Shown here: positions 17,877-28,029 of the stretch, in pieces | Layout: each line of letters begins with the position of its first letter | How positions within the stretch are numbered: the stretch's first letter is position 1 | NCBI GenBank assembly: GCA_036744835.1 | Contig: DAIOHD010000001.1 | Location: forward strand, 335,860 to 399,859 | Reading direction: 5' to 3' | Origin: Candidatus Magasanikiibacteriota bacterium | Lineage (GTDB): Bacteria; Patescibacteriota; Patescibacteriia; Magasanikbacterales; GWA2-37-8 | Length of the DNA: 64,000 nucleotides | Notes under the pieces: model-generated | The model's database searches: none | What the model saw: only the letters and a program-made list of their open reading frames with translations | What the model was told of the DNA's origin: nothing | Position numbers and translations under genes: made by a program

Positions 17877-19658
17877 TTAAATCTCACTTTTTTTAATATC
17901 CTCAATGGTTAGCTGTAGCTCTCTGTTTCCATTCCATTGATTCACGCTAATGCGGAACACCATATCTATTTTATCTCCGGGTTTTAGGACTTCTTTCCAA
18001 TTGAGCGGATGTTTGTTGATATCACCTAGTCCAAAGCCGATAGTTTTTTTAATAAGATGAGAATTGTGTTTGACCATCAGGCGAAGATGTTTGCCATCAT
18101 TGCCAACCGGCACGACGGATGAAACAGTTAAATTGCGTGCTAGATATTTTGGTTCTTCGTTGCCAACGCCAAAGGGTTCAAATTTTTGCAACAAATCATA
18201 AAGACTCCAATTTACTTCGTCCAAATCAACTTCCGCATCAATAGTGATTTGTGGAACGAGCTCTACATTTTTTAATTTAGCTTCCGCGTATTTAAAAAAT
18301 CTTTCCTTAAATTCAGCCAAAGCATTTTTATCTTTCAAAGTAAAACCGCAAGCTTGCGGGTGTCCGCCAAATTTTTCAAATAAATCAGCGTTATCTTTCA
18401 ACGCCTCTATCAGATTAAATTCGGGGATACTACGTCCGGAACCGACAATTTCTTCATCCGTGATACCCATTACTAAGGTCGGTTTATAAAATTGTTCACG
18501 CACTTTACCGGAAACTAATCCCAAAATACCAGTTGGCCAATTTTCTTTGGCGATGATTAACATATGTTTATCTTCTTGTTTTTCTTCTTTTACTTGTTTG
18601 AGAGCTTCGTTGACTATTTTTTCCGTGAGTTTTTGACGATCAATATTATTTTTGTTGAGTTGAGCGGCTAGAGTATCAGCATCTTCTTCATTCAAAGCGG
18701 ATAATAACGCAAATGCGCTATTGGCATGATCCATGCGTCCGGCGGCGTTGAGGCGGGGGACTATCTGATAAGAAATATTTTCCGAACTTAGTCCGGCTAC
18801 ATTTTTGAGTTTATCCTTATCATCCAAAAGTCCGGCGTATTTAAAAAGTTTTTTCAAACCGAAATTTTTTGTTTTGTTTAAGACGGTCAACCCATAGCGA
18901 GTGAGAGTGCGACTTTCGCCGATAAGCGGAACCATATCACCGATACTTGCAATGGCCACTAAATCTAACATCCATTTTTCATATGACTCGTGAGTTTGTC
19001 CGTCGGGTAAAAATTCATTGGTTTTTTTGTGCTCTTTGAGAAGTCCTTGTGCCAATTTAAAAGCCACAGCCGCACCACAAAGGCCTTTGTCAGGATAGGG
19101 TTCATTTGGCATCAGATGATGGATGATAGCATCAGCCGGAGGAATATTTTCTGGAACAACATGATGATCCGTGATTATTACTTGTATGTTATTTTTTTTG
19201 ACCAGTTCTATTTCTTTGAAATTACTAACTCCGCAATCACAAGTGATTATCAAATCTATTTTTTGTTCTTTGAAATATTCAACCGTATTTTCGTTTAGGC
19301 CATAACCGTCAATTTCACGATGGGGAATAAAAACAGTTATATTTTTACCACCAAGTTTTTTGAGAGTATTGATGAGAATTGTGGCTGCGCAAACTCCGTC
19401 AGCATCATAATCACCGTGCACAACAATATTTTTATTAGTGACGATATTTTTCAAAATTATTTTCACCGCTTTTTCCATTTGCGAAAATAAAAAAGGATCA
19501 TGGATATCCATTCCATAATCGGGATTAAGAAATTCATCTATTTTTTTTTGGTCGCGTAAATTTCTATTCCAAAGCAAATTATTGACGATGCTTGGAAGTT
19601 CGGGATGAGAAGAAATAAAATCTACTGGTGCCTGTGGTAAAACTATCCACTTTTTCAT
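17877..19658 (-). CDS. recJ: Single-stranded-DNA-specific exonuclease RecJ
   Basis: VHGDYDADGVCAATIL and ITDHHV (DHH motifs), DHHA1 domain. Start chosen at MKKWIVLPQAP (ATG 19658, preceded by GAGG) rather than the upstream in-frame start. Confidence 0.85.
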   Translation of the reverse strand: MKKWIVLPQAPVDFISSHPELPSIVNNLLWNRNLRDQKKIDEFLNPDYGMDIHDPFLFSQMEKAVKIILKNIVTNKNIVVHGDYDADGVCAATILINTLKKLGGKNITVFIPHREIDGYGLNENTVEYFKEQKIDLIITCDCGVSNFKEIELVKKNNIQVIITDHHVVPENIPPADAIIHHLMPNEPYPDKGLCGAAVAFKLAQGLLKEHKKTNEFLPDGQTHESYEKWMLDLVAIASIGDMVPLIGESRTLTRYGLTVLNKTKNFGLKKLFKYAGLLDDKDKLKNVAGLSSENISYQIVPRLNAAGRMDHANSAFALLSALNEEDADTLAAQLNKNNIDRQKLTEKIVNEALKQVKEEKQEDKHMLIIAKENWPTGILGLVSGKVREQFYKPTLVMGITDEEIVGSGRSIPEFNLIEALKDNADLFEKFGGHPQACGFTLKDKNALAEFKERFFKYAEAKLKNVELVPQITIDAEVDLDEVNWSLYDLLQKFEPFGVGNEEPKYLARNLTVSSVVPVGNDGKHLRLMVKHNSHLIKKTIGFGLGDINKHPLNWKEVLKPGDKIDMVFRISVNQWNGNRELQLTIEDIKKSEI

Positions 19659-19904
19659 AATTTTTAGCCTAACCTCTGTTTTTTTTAATAAAATATCGGT
19701 GCGATGGTAAAAAGTAGCATGGCCAAAATTCCCAAAATGGAAATCATTATCCAAATTGACTTGACGGTTTTGTGTTTCATATAAATTAAGTATAAAGTAT
19801 TTAGTATTAAGTATTTAGTATGTAAACGTTGTTTTAAATTTCGATTTGATAATTGAAATTTAATTAAAAATTGCAAAATTAAAAATTAAAAATTGCTGAA
19901 AAGA

Positions 19905-21713
19905 TTATCTTTTTAACACTTCCAGGTATGTTTCCGTCGGTATATCCACCTTACCGTGAGCGATCATACGTTTCTTACCTTTCTTTTGTTTCTGTAGAAG
20001 TTTCAATTTGCGAGTATAATCACCACCACTCATAGTTTCGATAACATCTTTACGTAAAGCGGACAATCTTTCCGAAGCGATAATTTTTCCTCCAACTGCA
20101 GCTTGTATTTTTACCTCAAAATGTTGTCTTGGTAGAGATTCTTTTAGAGATTCTACAATTTTCTTACCGACTTTGTAAGCATCTTCTTTCCATACAAGGG
20201 TGGATAAAGATTCCACCGGGTCTTCAGCTATCAAAATATCCAGTTTTAATATGTTTGTTTCTTCATAATCCGTAAATTCATAATTCATAGAAGCATAGCC
20301 CGAAGTTACAGTTTTGAGCTTATCATAAAAATCCGTAATAAGGGAAGCAAGGGGAATTTCATAATGAAGCATGGCTCTTTGATCTGAACCGGTACTCAAG
20401 TATTGAGTATTGATATATCTTCCTTTGCGTTCTGATATTAGCCCCATAACATTTCCTACATAATCTTTTGGAGTGATAATGTCCAATTTCATCCAAGGTT
20501 CAAAAACTGATTTTAAATGACTAGGATCGGGCATTTCTTGTGGACTGTGAATAGTCAATTCTGTTCCGTTATTTTTGGTAATTCTATAAGCCACACTTGG
20601 AACGGTAATGATGATTTCTATTTCGTATTCACGTTTCAATCTTTCTTGAAAAATATCTAAATGCAACATCCCCAAAAAACCACAACGAAAACCAAATCCC
20701 AGAGCCTGGGAGTGTTCCGGTTCAAAAAATAAAGCCGAATCGCTTAATTTTAATTTTTCTATAGCATCTCGTAGTGATTGATATTCGTCGCCTTCTTTTG
20801 GAAAAATTCCGGCAAAAACCATGGGCTTGACTTCTTTGTATCCTGGAAGTGGTAATAAACTTTTATTTTTCTCTATTGATTCACGTAAAGTAATGGTGTC
20901 TCCAACACGACAATCGCGAACTTCTTTTAAGCCGGTAACAATATAACCTATTTCACCATTGCCTATTTTTTCATTACTTACAAATTTAGGTATATAATAA
21001 CCGACGTCAAGTGTATCAGCCGGAGTTTGAGTACCCATTAAATAAATTTTATCACTTTTTTTTATTTCTCCGTCAACCATACGAACCGATGCTACAACGC
21101 CTTTGTATTCGTTGTAAGTAGAATCAAAAATCATTGCTCGAGGAGGTAAGTCAACGGTATTTTTTGGTGGTTTAATTTGTTGAATAATTTTTTGCAATAT
21201 TTCTTCAACGCCCACGCCGGTTTTTCCTGAAGCCAAAATAATATCGCTTTCTGCACAGCCTATTAAATGTATAATTTCCGCTTTGGTTTTTTCTACATTG
21301 GCTATTGGCATGTCTATCTTATTGATAACAGGAATAATGGTGAGATTTTGTTCTAATGCCAGATAAAGATTACCAATAGTTTGCGCTTGGACTCCTTGAG
21401 TAGCATCTACCAATAGTATGGCGCCCTCAACAGCGGCCAGAGAGCGAGAAACTTCATAAGTGAAATCCACGTGTCCGGGGGTATCTATGAGATTTAAAAT
21501 ATAATCTTGATTTTCAAAATGATATTTCATGCGAACTGGAGTGAGTTTAATAGTGATACCGCGTTCACGCTCCAAATCCATAGAATCAAGTAGTTGAGCC
21601 TTCATTTCTCTTTTTTGGACAGTATGGGTAAATTCCAAAAAACGATCAGCCAAGGTGCTTTTACCGTGATCGATATGGGCGATAATACAGAAATTCCGAA
21701 TATTTTTTTGCAT
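19905..21713 (-). CDS. lepA: Elongation factor 4 (LepA)
   Basis: MQKNIRNFCIIAHIDHGKSTLADRFLE...DTPGHVDF, and the LepA-specific C-terminal domain. Confidence 0.92.
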   Translation of the reverse strand: MQKNIRNFCIIAHIDHGKSTLADRFLEFTHTVQKREMKAQLLDSMDLERERGITIKLTPVRMKYHFENQDYILNLIDTPGHVDFTYEVSRSLAAVEGAILLVDATQGVQAQTIGNLYLALEQNLTIIPVINKIDMPIANVEKTKAEIIHLIGCAESDIILASGKTGVGVEEILQKIIQQIKPPKNTVDLPPRAMIFDSTYNEYKGVVASVRMVDGEIKKSDKIYLMGTQTPADTLDVGYYIPKFVSNEKIGNGEIGYIVTGLKEVRDCRVGDTITLRESIEKNKSLLPLPGYKEVKPMVFAGIFPKEGDEYQSLRDAIEKLKLSDSALFFEPEHSQALGFGFRCGFLGMLHLDIFQERLKREYEIEIIITVPSVAYRITKNNGTELTIHSPQEMPDPSHLKSVFEPWMKLDIITPKDYVGNVMGLISERKGRYINTQYLSTGSDQRAMLHYEIPLASLITDFYDKLKTVTSGYASMNYEFTDYEETNILKLDILIAEDPVESLSTLVWKEDAYKVGKKIVESLKESLPRQHFEVKIQAAVGGKIIASERLSALRKDVIETMSGGDYTRKLKLLQKQKKGKKRMIAHGKVDIPTETYLEVLKR

Positions 21714-21715
21714 AA

Positions 21716-23347
21716 CTATTCCTTTGGATTAATAATTTCTTCTCCTGGTAGATTGCGTATTTTAAGCCATTGTTTTTTCAAAGAGGCTGTTAGAGAAAAA
21801 ACTTCTGGTAGTTGAAAAATATAGCATAAAAAACCATAAGTTAGCAAGCAGAGAAAAGCACTAAGAATAAATTGGAGAAAAACTCCGTAAAATCTGGTTT
21901 GGTCAAAAATATTTTCAAATAAACCGGAAAAATGATTTAAAACCAAATAACTCAAAATCAGACCGGTTATTACTTTAAATAAAAAGATAAAAAGTTTTTT
22001 AAAATTACGATTTTTGAAGTTTAATTGTAATAAAAAGAAAAGTAAAATTACGTTTATAGTTGAGCCGATAACTGTGGCTAAAGCTAAACCGTAAACACCA
22101 AAAGGACGCATCAATAAAATAGCACTGGTTATAGTGATGATTTCGGCTGCCAAGGCGGTAAAAAAAGGAGTCTTGGTGTTGGAAAGTGAATAAAAAGTTC
22201 TGGCCAATAGAGGTATTAAACTTTGGGCTAAAAGACCAAAAGCAAAATAAGCCAAGGTTTTGGAAGTGACTAAAGTGTTTTGCCAACTAAAAGATCCGCT
22301 TCCCAAAATCAAGCGAACAATTTGTGTGTTTAATGCTATAAAAATTATTACTAAAGGAGAAACCAAAAAAATTATTTGTCTAAGCACGGCCATGTATTGT
22401 TGATAAAAACTTTCCAGGTCATTTTTGGCGGAAAGGTTAGAAAGAACTGGAAAAACAGCTAAAGCAAAAGGTATACCGATTAACCCAATAGGCACAGCCT
22501 GTAAATTACTGGCAAAAGTAAATGCTGACAAACTTCCTGAAGGTAGCCAAGAGGCTAAAATTGCGATAACTATTAGATCGAGTTGAACAATAGCTAAACC
22601 GGCAGTTCGGGGGATCATGAGTTTGCCAATAAGACGCATTTCTTTATCTTTGAGGTCAAATATTTTTTTGAAACGAAAACCAGCTTGATAAGCTCCATAA
22701 TACTGGATAATCATATGTAAAAAGGCGCCCAAAATCACACCCATCGCCAGAGCCAAATAACCAAAATATTTAGTTAAATATAGAGCTCCAAAAATAATTC
22801 CCAAATTATAAAAAAGAGGAGCAATAGAAAAAAGAAAAAAACGACGTAATGATTGTAATACTCCTCCAAAGACCATGGACAAGCCAAAAAGAAATGGAGA
22901 TATAAACATCAAACGCATCAAAGAAACAACCATTTCCTGGCCTTGAAAAGAAAAACCAGGAGCGATAAGCGGAGCTAAAAACGGTGCTAAAATTATTCCA
23001 AACAAGCCGAGAACTATCAACAAAACAGAAATGATATTTATGACGTTGTTGGTTAAATCCCAAGCTCTTTGTTCATTTTTTTCTTCTTGATAAAAAAGTT
23101 TGGTAAATATCGGGATAAAACCCGCGGAAAGGGCTCCAATAACCAAAAGATTATAAATTAGATCAGGTATCTTGAAAGCGGCATAATAAGCATCCAAAAT
23201 TTCACCAGCTCCAAATTGATGTGCTAAAACTCGATCACGCAGAAGACCTATAATACGTGAAAGTAAAGTAGCGCCGGAAATAACCAAAGCTGAACCGGCA
23301 ATGGTTTTAAATTCAGTATTTAAATTAAATATTTTTTTAGAAAACAT
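21716..23347 (-). CDS. murJ: Lipid II flippase MurJ (MviN)
   Basis: LLSRIIGLLRDRVLAHQFGAGEILDAYYAAFKIPDLIYNLL, 14 predicted TMs. ATG 23347 chosen; the tool's start at 23383 is a TTG. Confidence 0.85.
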   Translation of the reverse strand: MFSKKIFNLNTEFKTIAGSALVISGATLLSRIIGLLRDRVLAHQFGAGEILDAYYAAFKIPDLIYNLLVIGALSAGFIPIFTKLFYQEEKNEQRAWDLTNNVINIISVLLIVLGLFGIILAPFLAPLIAPGFSFQGQEMVVSLMRLMFISPFLFGLSMVFGGVLQSLRRFFLFSIAPLFYNLGIIFGALYLTKYFGYLALAMGVILGAFLHMIIQYYGAYQAGFRFKKIFDLKDKEMRLIGKLMIPRTAGLAIVQLDLIVIAILASWLPSGSLSAFTFASNLQAVPIGLIGIPFALAVFPVLSNLSAKNDLESFYQQYMAVLRQIIFLVSPLVIIFIALNTQIVRLILGSGSFSWQNTLVTSKTLAYFAFGLLAQSLIPLLARTFYSLSNTKTPFFTALAAEIITITSAILLMRPFGVYGLALATVIGSTINVILLFFLLQLNFKNRNFKKLFIFLFKVITGLILSYLVLNHFSGLFENIFDQTRFYGVFLQFILSAFLCLLTYGFLCYIFQLPEVFSLTASLKKQWLKIRNLPGEEIINPKE

Positions 23348-23369
23348 GATTAAGATTGTATTTTGAAAA

Positions 23370-24044
23370 TTATTTATTTTCAAGTGGCGGCATGTTTAAA
23401 ACTAAAAAAGCGTAAGTCACTTTATTTTTTTGGTTACTTTTATTTTCCGCGTAAATAGTTCCGGTATAACCGTCATTACGAACAAATTCTATTTTCTTAT
23501 AGTCATTGCCCTCGGCGTAAGAATTGATAATAAAATTTTTTCTTTCTAATTCTTTTTGATAGTAATTAAGAAAACTATTGAGATTATTTTCTATATCTTC
23601 CCATTCTATTTTAAAATTATCATTTTTATCTGAAACAGGAGTTGTTAGAGTCTGAAAAAGATTTTTGAAACTTATTTTTTCCTCGGTTTGTTCTTGGTTG
23701 TGTTCGGAATTTAACCAAAGAGGTAATAAAACTAATTTAGGAAAAATAGCCGCTATTTCCATCCGACGATTTTTGTATTCACCGGAAATAAAGGTCATCC
23801 TGACTATTTTTTCTTTATTATGAACAGGTATATCTTCCAATGGAAAATTTAGAGGGATAACGGTAACGGTTTTGGGGCCTGAACCAAGATAAAATTTTAA
23901 TCCGATAAGTAAACCGAAAATTATTAAAAAAATAAAACTACAGCCGAAAAAACAAGACCTCTTTAGGCCAGATGACTTTTTGTTGAGTTCATAAATCGGC
24001 GGATCGACTATTTTTACATCTTTTATGAGATCTTTTCTCTTCAT
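23370..24044 (-). CDS. Hypothetical membrane-anchored protein
   Basis: Single N-terminal TM (CFFGCSFIFLIIFGLLIGL), no recognisable domain. Co-oriented with murJ and lepA. Confidence 0.5.
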   Translation of the reverse strand: MKRKDLIKDVKIVDPPIYELNKKSSGLKRSCFFGCSFIFLIIFGLLIGLKFYLGSGPKTVTVIPLNFPLEDIPVHNKEKIVRMTFISGEYKNRRMEIAAIFPKLVLLPLWLNSEHNQEQTEEKISFKNLFQTLTTPVSDKNDNFKIEWEDIENNLNSFLNYYQKELERKNFIINSYAEGNDYKKIEFVRNDGYTGTIYAENKSNQKNKVTYAFLVLNMPPLENK

Positions 24045-24130
24045 AAAAAGTAGATAATTGTTATCAACATTTTATCAGGTTTTTTGCTTTTTGTATAGAG
24101 TAAAGTATGATACAATAAGTTCATAAAGCT

Positions 24131-24193
24131 CACCCCGTTAAATCCGGCAAAGCCGGAATTTCGCAAAAAGCGAAATTATTTAACAGGGGTAAA
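24131..24193. repeat. GC-rich nested-hairpin intergenic element (E2)
   Basis: CACCCCGTTAAAT [ccgg-caaag-ccgg] [aatttcgc-aaaaa-gcgaaatt] ATTTAACAGGGGTAAA. Same architecture and outer-stem sequence as E3 at 50557. Confidence 0.6.
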
Positions 24194-24275
24194 TAAAGTT
24201 CGTAAGGTCCGTAAAGTCCACAAAAATGGTTGATAATTGAAAATTATAAATTCATTAAAAATTAAAATTTGACTT

Positions 24276-25649
24276 ATGAAGATTTCTTTTCATGGAGCGG
24301 CGGGGGAGGTCACTGGTTCTTGCACCATGCTTGAAACTGGTGAACAAAAAATATTGATAGATTGCGGTTTATTTCAAGGTAGTGATTTTGCCGATGGTAA
24401 AAATTTTGAAGATTTTTCTTTTAATCCCAAAGAAATTAGCGCGGTAATTTTAACTCATACCCACCTTGATCATATTGGCAGATTACCAAAACTTATCAGA
24501 GATGGTTTTTCCGGTTTGGTTTATGCCACTCCTCCAACAGCTGATTTGGTAGAATTAGTTTTAGAAGATGCTTATGAAATTATGGAATATAATTACAGAA
24601 AGTTCGGTGCACCACTTTTGTATCGTTTGGAAGATGTCAGATCTGTGATGGCTAGGATAAAAACATTTAATTACGAAGATCCTTTTGAGCTGGGGCGAGG
24701 TCTTTTCAATCGTAATAAATTAAAAGTAACTTTTTATGAGGCGGGCCATATATTTGGTTCTGCTTTTATCGAAATAATTGCTGAAGGAAAGAAATTAATT
24801 TTTTCTGGAGATATTGGAAATATAGACGTGCCTATTTTGAAAGATACCACTGATTTACCGGAAGATGTAGATGTGTTGCTATGCGAGTCAACGTATGGTA
24901 ATCGTCTTCATCCTGCTGGTTTAGATCGTAAAGTAATCATTGAATTAAAAATAAAAGAAGCTTTAATGCGTGGCGGAACCTTATTAATTCCGGCTTTTTC
25001 CATTGAGCGTACTCAAGAGCTTTTATATACATTAAATGAATTGATAGATGTCCAGGGTAAATTTAAAAAAATACCGATATTTTTAGATAGTCCTTTGTCT
25101 ATCCGGGCTACTAGAGTTTTCCAACGCTATACCACATATTATGATGAAAAAGCTTTTGAATATTTGGCGGCTGACCAAAATATTTTTGAATTTCCCAGTT
25201 TGACGCTTTGTGAAACACGAGAAGATTCCAAAAAAATAAATGCGGTCCCAGGCAGTAAGATTATTATTGCCGGGGCGGGAATGATGAATGGTGGTCGTAT
25301 TTTACACCACGCTTTGCGTTATTTGACCGACGAGAGGAGTACGTTGCTTTTTACAGGTTTTCAAGCACCCGGAACGTTGGGTAGAAGGATATTGATGGGT
25401 GAATCACCGGTGCATGTTTTAGGAGAAAGGCTACCGGTAAAATGTCGTATTGATTCTATAGATATTTTATCAGCTCACGGTGATCAAAAAAAACTTATTA
25501 AGTGGCTTGGAAGTGCCAAAAATTGGCCGAAAAAAATATTTTTAAATCATGGAGAAACTGAAGTTATAAATGGCTTTGCTAAAAAAATAAATGAAGAATT
25601 TGGAATAGAGCCAGTTTTGGCCGCTCCGCATACGGAGTATGAGATATAA
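24276..25649 (+). CDS. Beta-CASP family MBL-fold ribonuclease (RNA-metabolising metallo-beta-lactamase)
   Basis: MKISFHGAAGEVTGSCTMLETGEQKILIDCGLFQG...ILTHTHLDHIGRLP (HxHxDH), beta-CASP and RMMBL C-terminal motifs (SAHGDQ). Confidence 0.8.
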   Translation: MKISFHGAAGEVTGSCTMLETGEQKILIDCGLFQGSDFADGKNFEDFSFNPKEISAVILTHTHLDHIGRLPKLIRDGFSGLVYATPPTADLVELVLEDAYEIMEYNYRKFGAPLLYRLEDVRSVMARIKTFNYEDPFELGRGLFNRNKLKVTFYEAGHIFGSAFIEIIAEGKKLIFSGDIGNIDVPILKDTTDLPEDVDVLLCESTYGNRLHPAGLDRKVIIELKIKEALMRGGTLLIPAFSIERTQELLYTLNELIDVQGKFKKIPIFLDSPLSIRATRVFQRYTTYYDEKAFEYLAADQNIFEFPSLTLCETREDSKKINAVPGSKIIIAGAGMMNGGRILHHALRYLTDERSTLLFTGFQAPGTLGRRILMGESPVHVLGERLPVKCRIDSIDILSAHGDQKKLIKWLGSAKNWPKKIFLNHGETEVINGFAKKINEEFGIEPVLAAPHTEYEI

Positions 25650-25723
25650 TTTGACTTCGGTTTAAGGTCTTCAGTCTTTAGTCTAATGTAGTCCGTAGTC
25701 TGTAGTCTGAAGTCCGATTGAGG

Positions 25724-25752
25724 TTGACAAAATAGGGAACTTTTGTTTAAAT
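25724..25752 (+). promoter_or_regulatory. Putative promoter of ankyrin gene
   Basis: ttgacaaaatag...17 nt...ttaaat; AGGAGA SD before ATG 25797. Confidence 0.45.
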
Positions 25753-25796
25753 TTAAGCAAAAGTTCTTTTTATTAATGTTTTAGAAGGAGATAATC

Positions 25797-26426
25797 ATGT
25801 CTTTATCAAAGTATTTCATTGATTCGTTTTTAAAAAATTTAAACCAAAGAAGTTCATTAGTGAAATTCATGATTCCTTGGATTAGGAACATGGTAATTTT
25901 ACAGCACGAGGAAAATGACGACGAAGTTAGTTTTTTTGCGGTTGTTGTAGCTGTTGGAAATTATGAATTGTTGTGTAAAGCTTACAACAAACTCCATGTG
26001 CATAAACGCAAAAATGTGCTGAACAAAGTTGATAAAACCGGTACCTCGGTGCTTGATAGGGCATATCTTTTGCCGGTTGAGGAAGCCGATCGAGAAAAAA
26101 TCATTCATTTTCTGAAAAGCCAGGGTGCGGAAATCTTGGGTTACAAAGCTTTGAATCATTTTATCGAAAGAGGAAGTCTTTCGGTAGTGGAAACACTCTG
26201 TAGACATTGCACGGACTTTTCCGCTCACAATAAGTCGGGTAAAACCATTTTGATGGTGGCAGCGGAAAGCGGCCATATGGATATCGTTCGTTATTTGGTA
26301 GAAAAAATAGCTGTTAACCCGGGAGAAAAGAATGATGAAGGGGAAACTGCTGCTGATTTTGCCAAAATCATGGGACACAAGGAAGTGTACGAATATCTGA
26401 AACATAAAATTTCAGATGCCCTTTAA
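25797..26426 (+). CDS. Ankyrin-repeat protein
   Basis: C-terminal half contains ANK repeats (DKTGTSVLDRA..., HNKSGKTILMVAAESGHMDIVRYLVEK..., NDEGETAADFAKIMGHKEVYEYL). GC visibly higher than neighbours; own promoter and terminator. Confidence 0.7.
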   Translation: MSLSKYFIDSFLKNLNQRSSLVKFMIPWIRNMVILQHEENDDEVSFFAVVVAVGNYELLCKAYNKLHVHKRKNVLNKVDKTGTSVLDRAYLLPVEEADREKIIHFLKSQGAEILGYKALNHFIERGSLSVVETLCRHCTDFSAHNKSGKTILMVAAESGHMDIVRYLVEKIAVNPGEKNDEGETAADFAKIMGHKEVYEYLKHKISDAL

Positions 26427-26578
26427 AGGGCTAAGGATCGCTACCAAGCGGTCCTTTTTTATTTTTTAATATTAAATATATTTAAGTGGGGAAATTAGTT
26501 ATCCACAAGCATCTATTTATATTAATTTTTTTATCTAAAATTAGCCAAAATAAAGGCTGATTTTTTATTTCTAATCAT

Positions 26579-26607
26579 TTGACGTTATTTTTAAAGTGGT
26601 GTAGAAT
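26579..26607 (+). promoter_or_regulatory. mraZ promoter (TTGACG-17-TAGAAT)
   Basis: Read directly. Confidence 0.6.
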
Positions 26608-26615
26608 GGATACAA

Positions 26616-26638
26616 GTGGGGAAAAGTGGAAAATTGGA
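26616..26638 (+). promoter_or_regulatory. Putative MraZ operator: three GTGG(G/A)-like boxes at 10-bp periodicity
   Basis: GTGGGgaaaaGTGGAaaatTGGA immediately downstream of the -10; more GTGGKG copies at 26596 and 26505. MraZ is known to bind direct GTGGG repeats with 10-bp spacing. Confidence 0.5.
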
Positions 26639-26672
26639 AAAACATGCTTGTCTTTTTCAATAACATTTTTTT

Positions 26673-27104
26673 ATGTTTATAGGTGAATATTCTCACAATT
26701 TAGATGATAAATTTCGCTTGGCCATTCCGGTCAAATTTCGACGCGAACTTGAGGAGGGGGCGGTTATAACCAAAGGTTTGGATAACTGTTTGTTTTTGTA
26801 TACCAAAAACGAATGGAACAAACTGGCAGAAAAATTGGCGACTTTGCCATTTTCCCAAGCCAATAGCCGCGCGTTCGCTCGACATATGTTGTCCGGAGCT
26901 ATGGAAGTTGAAGTAGACAAGCAAGGGCGCGTAGTGGTTCCCGAATATTTAAGGCAGTTTGCTGGATTAAAAAAGAATTTGATTGTTGCCGGGTTGTATA
27001 ACCGAGTGGAAATTTGGGATGCAGGGTCTTGGAATGTTTATAAAACAAAAACAGAAAAAGATAGTAATGAGATTGCAGAAAACATCAGCGATCTAGGAGT
27101 TTAA
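26673..27104 (+). CDS. mraZ: Transcriptional regulator MraZ
   Basis: MFIGEYSHNLDDKFRLAIPVKFRREL...; duplicated MraZ domain, 143 aa. Confidence 0.9.
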   Translation: MFIGEYSHNLDDKFRLAIPVKFRRELEEGAVITKGLDNCLFLYTKNEWNKLAEKLATLPFSQANSRAFARHMLSGAMEVEVDKQGRVVVPEYLRQFAGLKKNLIVAGLYNRVEIWDAGSWNVYKTKTEKDSNEIAENISDLGV

Positions 27105-27105
27105 T

Positions 27106-28029
27106 ATGAGACACATTCCCGTTCTTTTAAAAGAAGTGCTTGAAGGTTTAAATTTAAAAAAGGGCGCTAAAGTTATTGACTGTACTATGGGAGACGGTGG
27201 TCATAGTGAGGCAATTTTAGAATATATTGGTCCACGAGGAAAATTACTTGGGCTTGATGCTGATCCGGAATCATTACTTCGAGCTAAAAGATTTTTATAT
27301 CGCTTTGAAGATCAAGTTATTTTTATTAGAGAAAATTTTGCTTCTTTGAAGCAAGTAGTCACAGACAGCGGTTTTTTGGGTGTCAACGTAATTTTGTTTG
27401 ATTTAGGCTGGAGTACACCGCAATTTGCCGAACGTAGTCGAGGTTTCAGTTTTGATAAAGACGAACCTTTAAATATGCGTTACGACAATAAGTGTCAGGT
27501 TTTTGGCAAAGAAATGTGTTTGGATGCTTTGCATATAGTCAATAATTATAATCAAGAAGATTTATCTTGGATTTTAAAAAATTACGGCGAAGAAGAATTA
27601 AACAAAGAGATAACCGCGGCTATAATTGCAGAAAGAAAAAACGGACAGATAAAAACCAGTAAAGAATTATCAAATATAATTTTGAAAGTTTATCGACAAA
27701 AATTACATACGGAAAAAGAGATTCCTTGGATCGGGGGAATTCATCCGGCGACAAAAACGTTTCAAGCCTTACGGATTGCGGTAAACAATGAATTGGAAAT
27801 TTTAAAAAATGTTTTGCCGGAGGCATTTGAAATATTGGGTCAGGGTGGTAGATTGGCGGTGATCAGTTTTCATTCGCTTGAAGACAGAATAGTTAAACAA
27901 TTTTTTCAGAGTTTACCATTTGCTAAGGCAAAAATAATTACCAAAAGACCCATAGTGGCCGATGAAAAAGAAATCGAGAGCAATCCTCGCGCGCGAAGCG
28001 CCAAATTACGTATAGTTGAAAAAATATGA
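27106..28029 (+). CDS. rsmH: 16S rRNA (cytosine1402-N4)-methyltransferase RsmH (MraW)
   Basis: MRHIPVLLKEVLEGL...DCTMGDGGHSEAIL...FDLGWST. Confidence 0.9.
   Translation: MRHIPVLLKEVLEGLNLKKGAKVIDCTMGDGGHSEAILEYIGPRGKLLGLDADPESLLRAKRFLYRFEDQVIFIRENFASLKQVVTDSGFLGVNVILFDLGWSTPQFAERSRGFSFDKDEPLNMRYDNKCQVFGKEMCLDALHIVNNYNQEDLSWILKNYGEEELNKEITAAIIAERKNGQIKTSKELSNIILKVYRQKLHTEKEIPWIGGIHPATKTFQALRIAVNNELEILKNVLPEAFEILGQGGRLAVISFHSLEDRIVKQFFQSLPFAKAKIITKRPIVADEKEIESNPRARSAKLRIVEKI

Noticed and set aside
19685-19876. Small minus ORF upstream of recJ (possible 31-aa peptide MKHKTVKSIWIMISILGILAMLLFTIAPIFY from ATG 19780)
   Set aside because: No SD, overlaps the AGTATTTAGTAT direct repeats and the recJ promoter region; kept only as a weak possibility.
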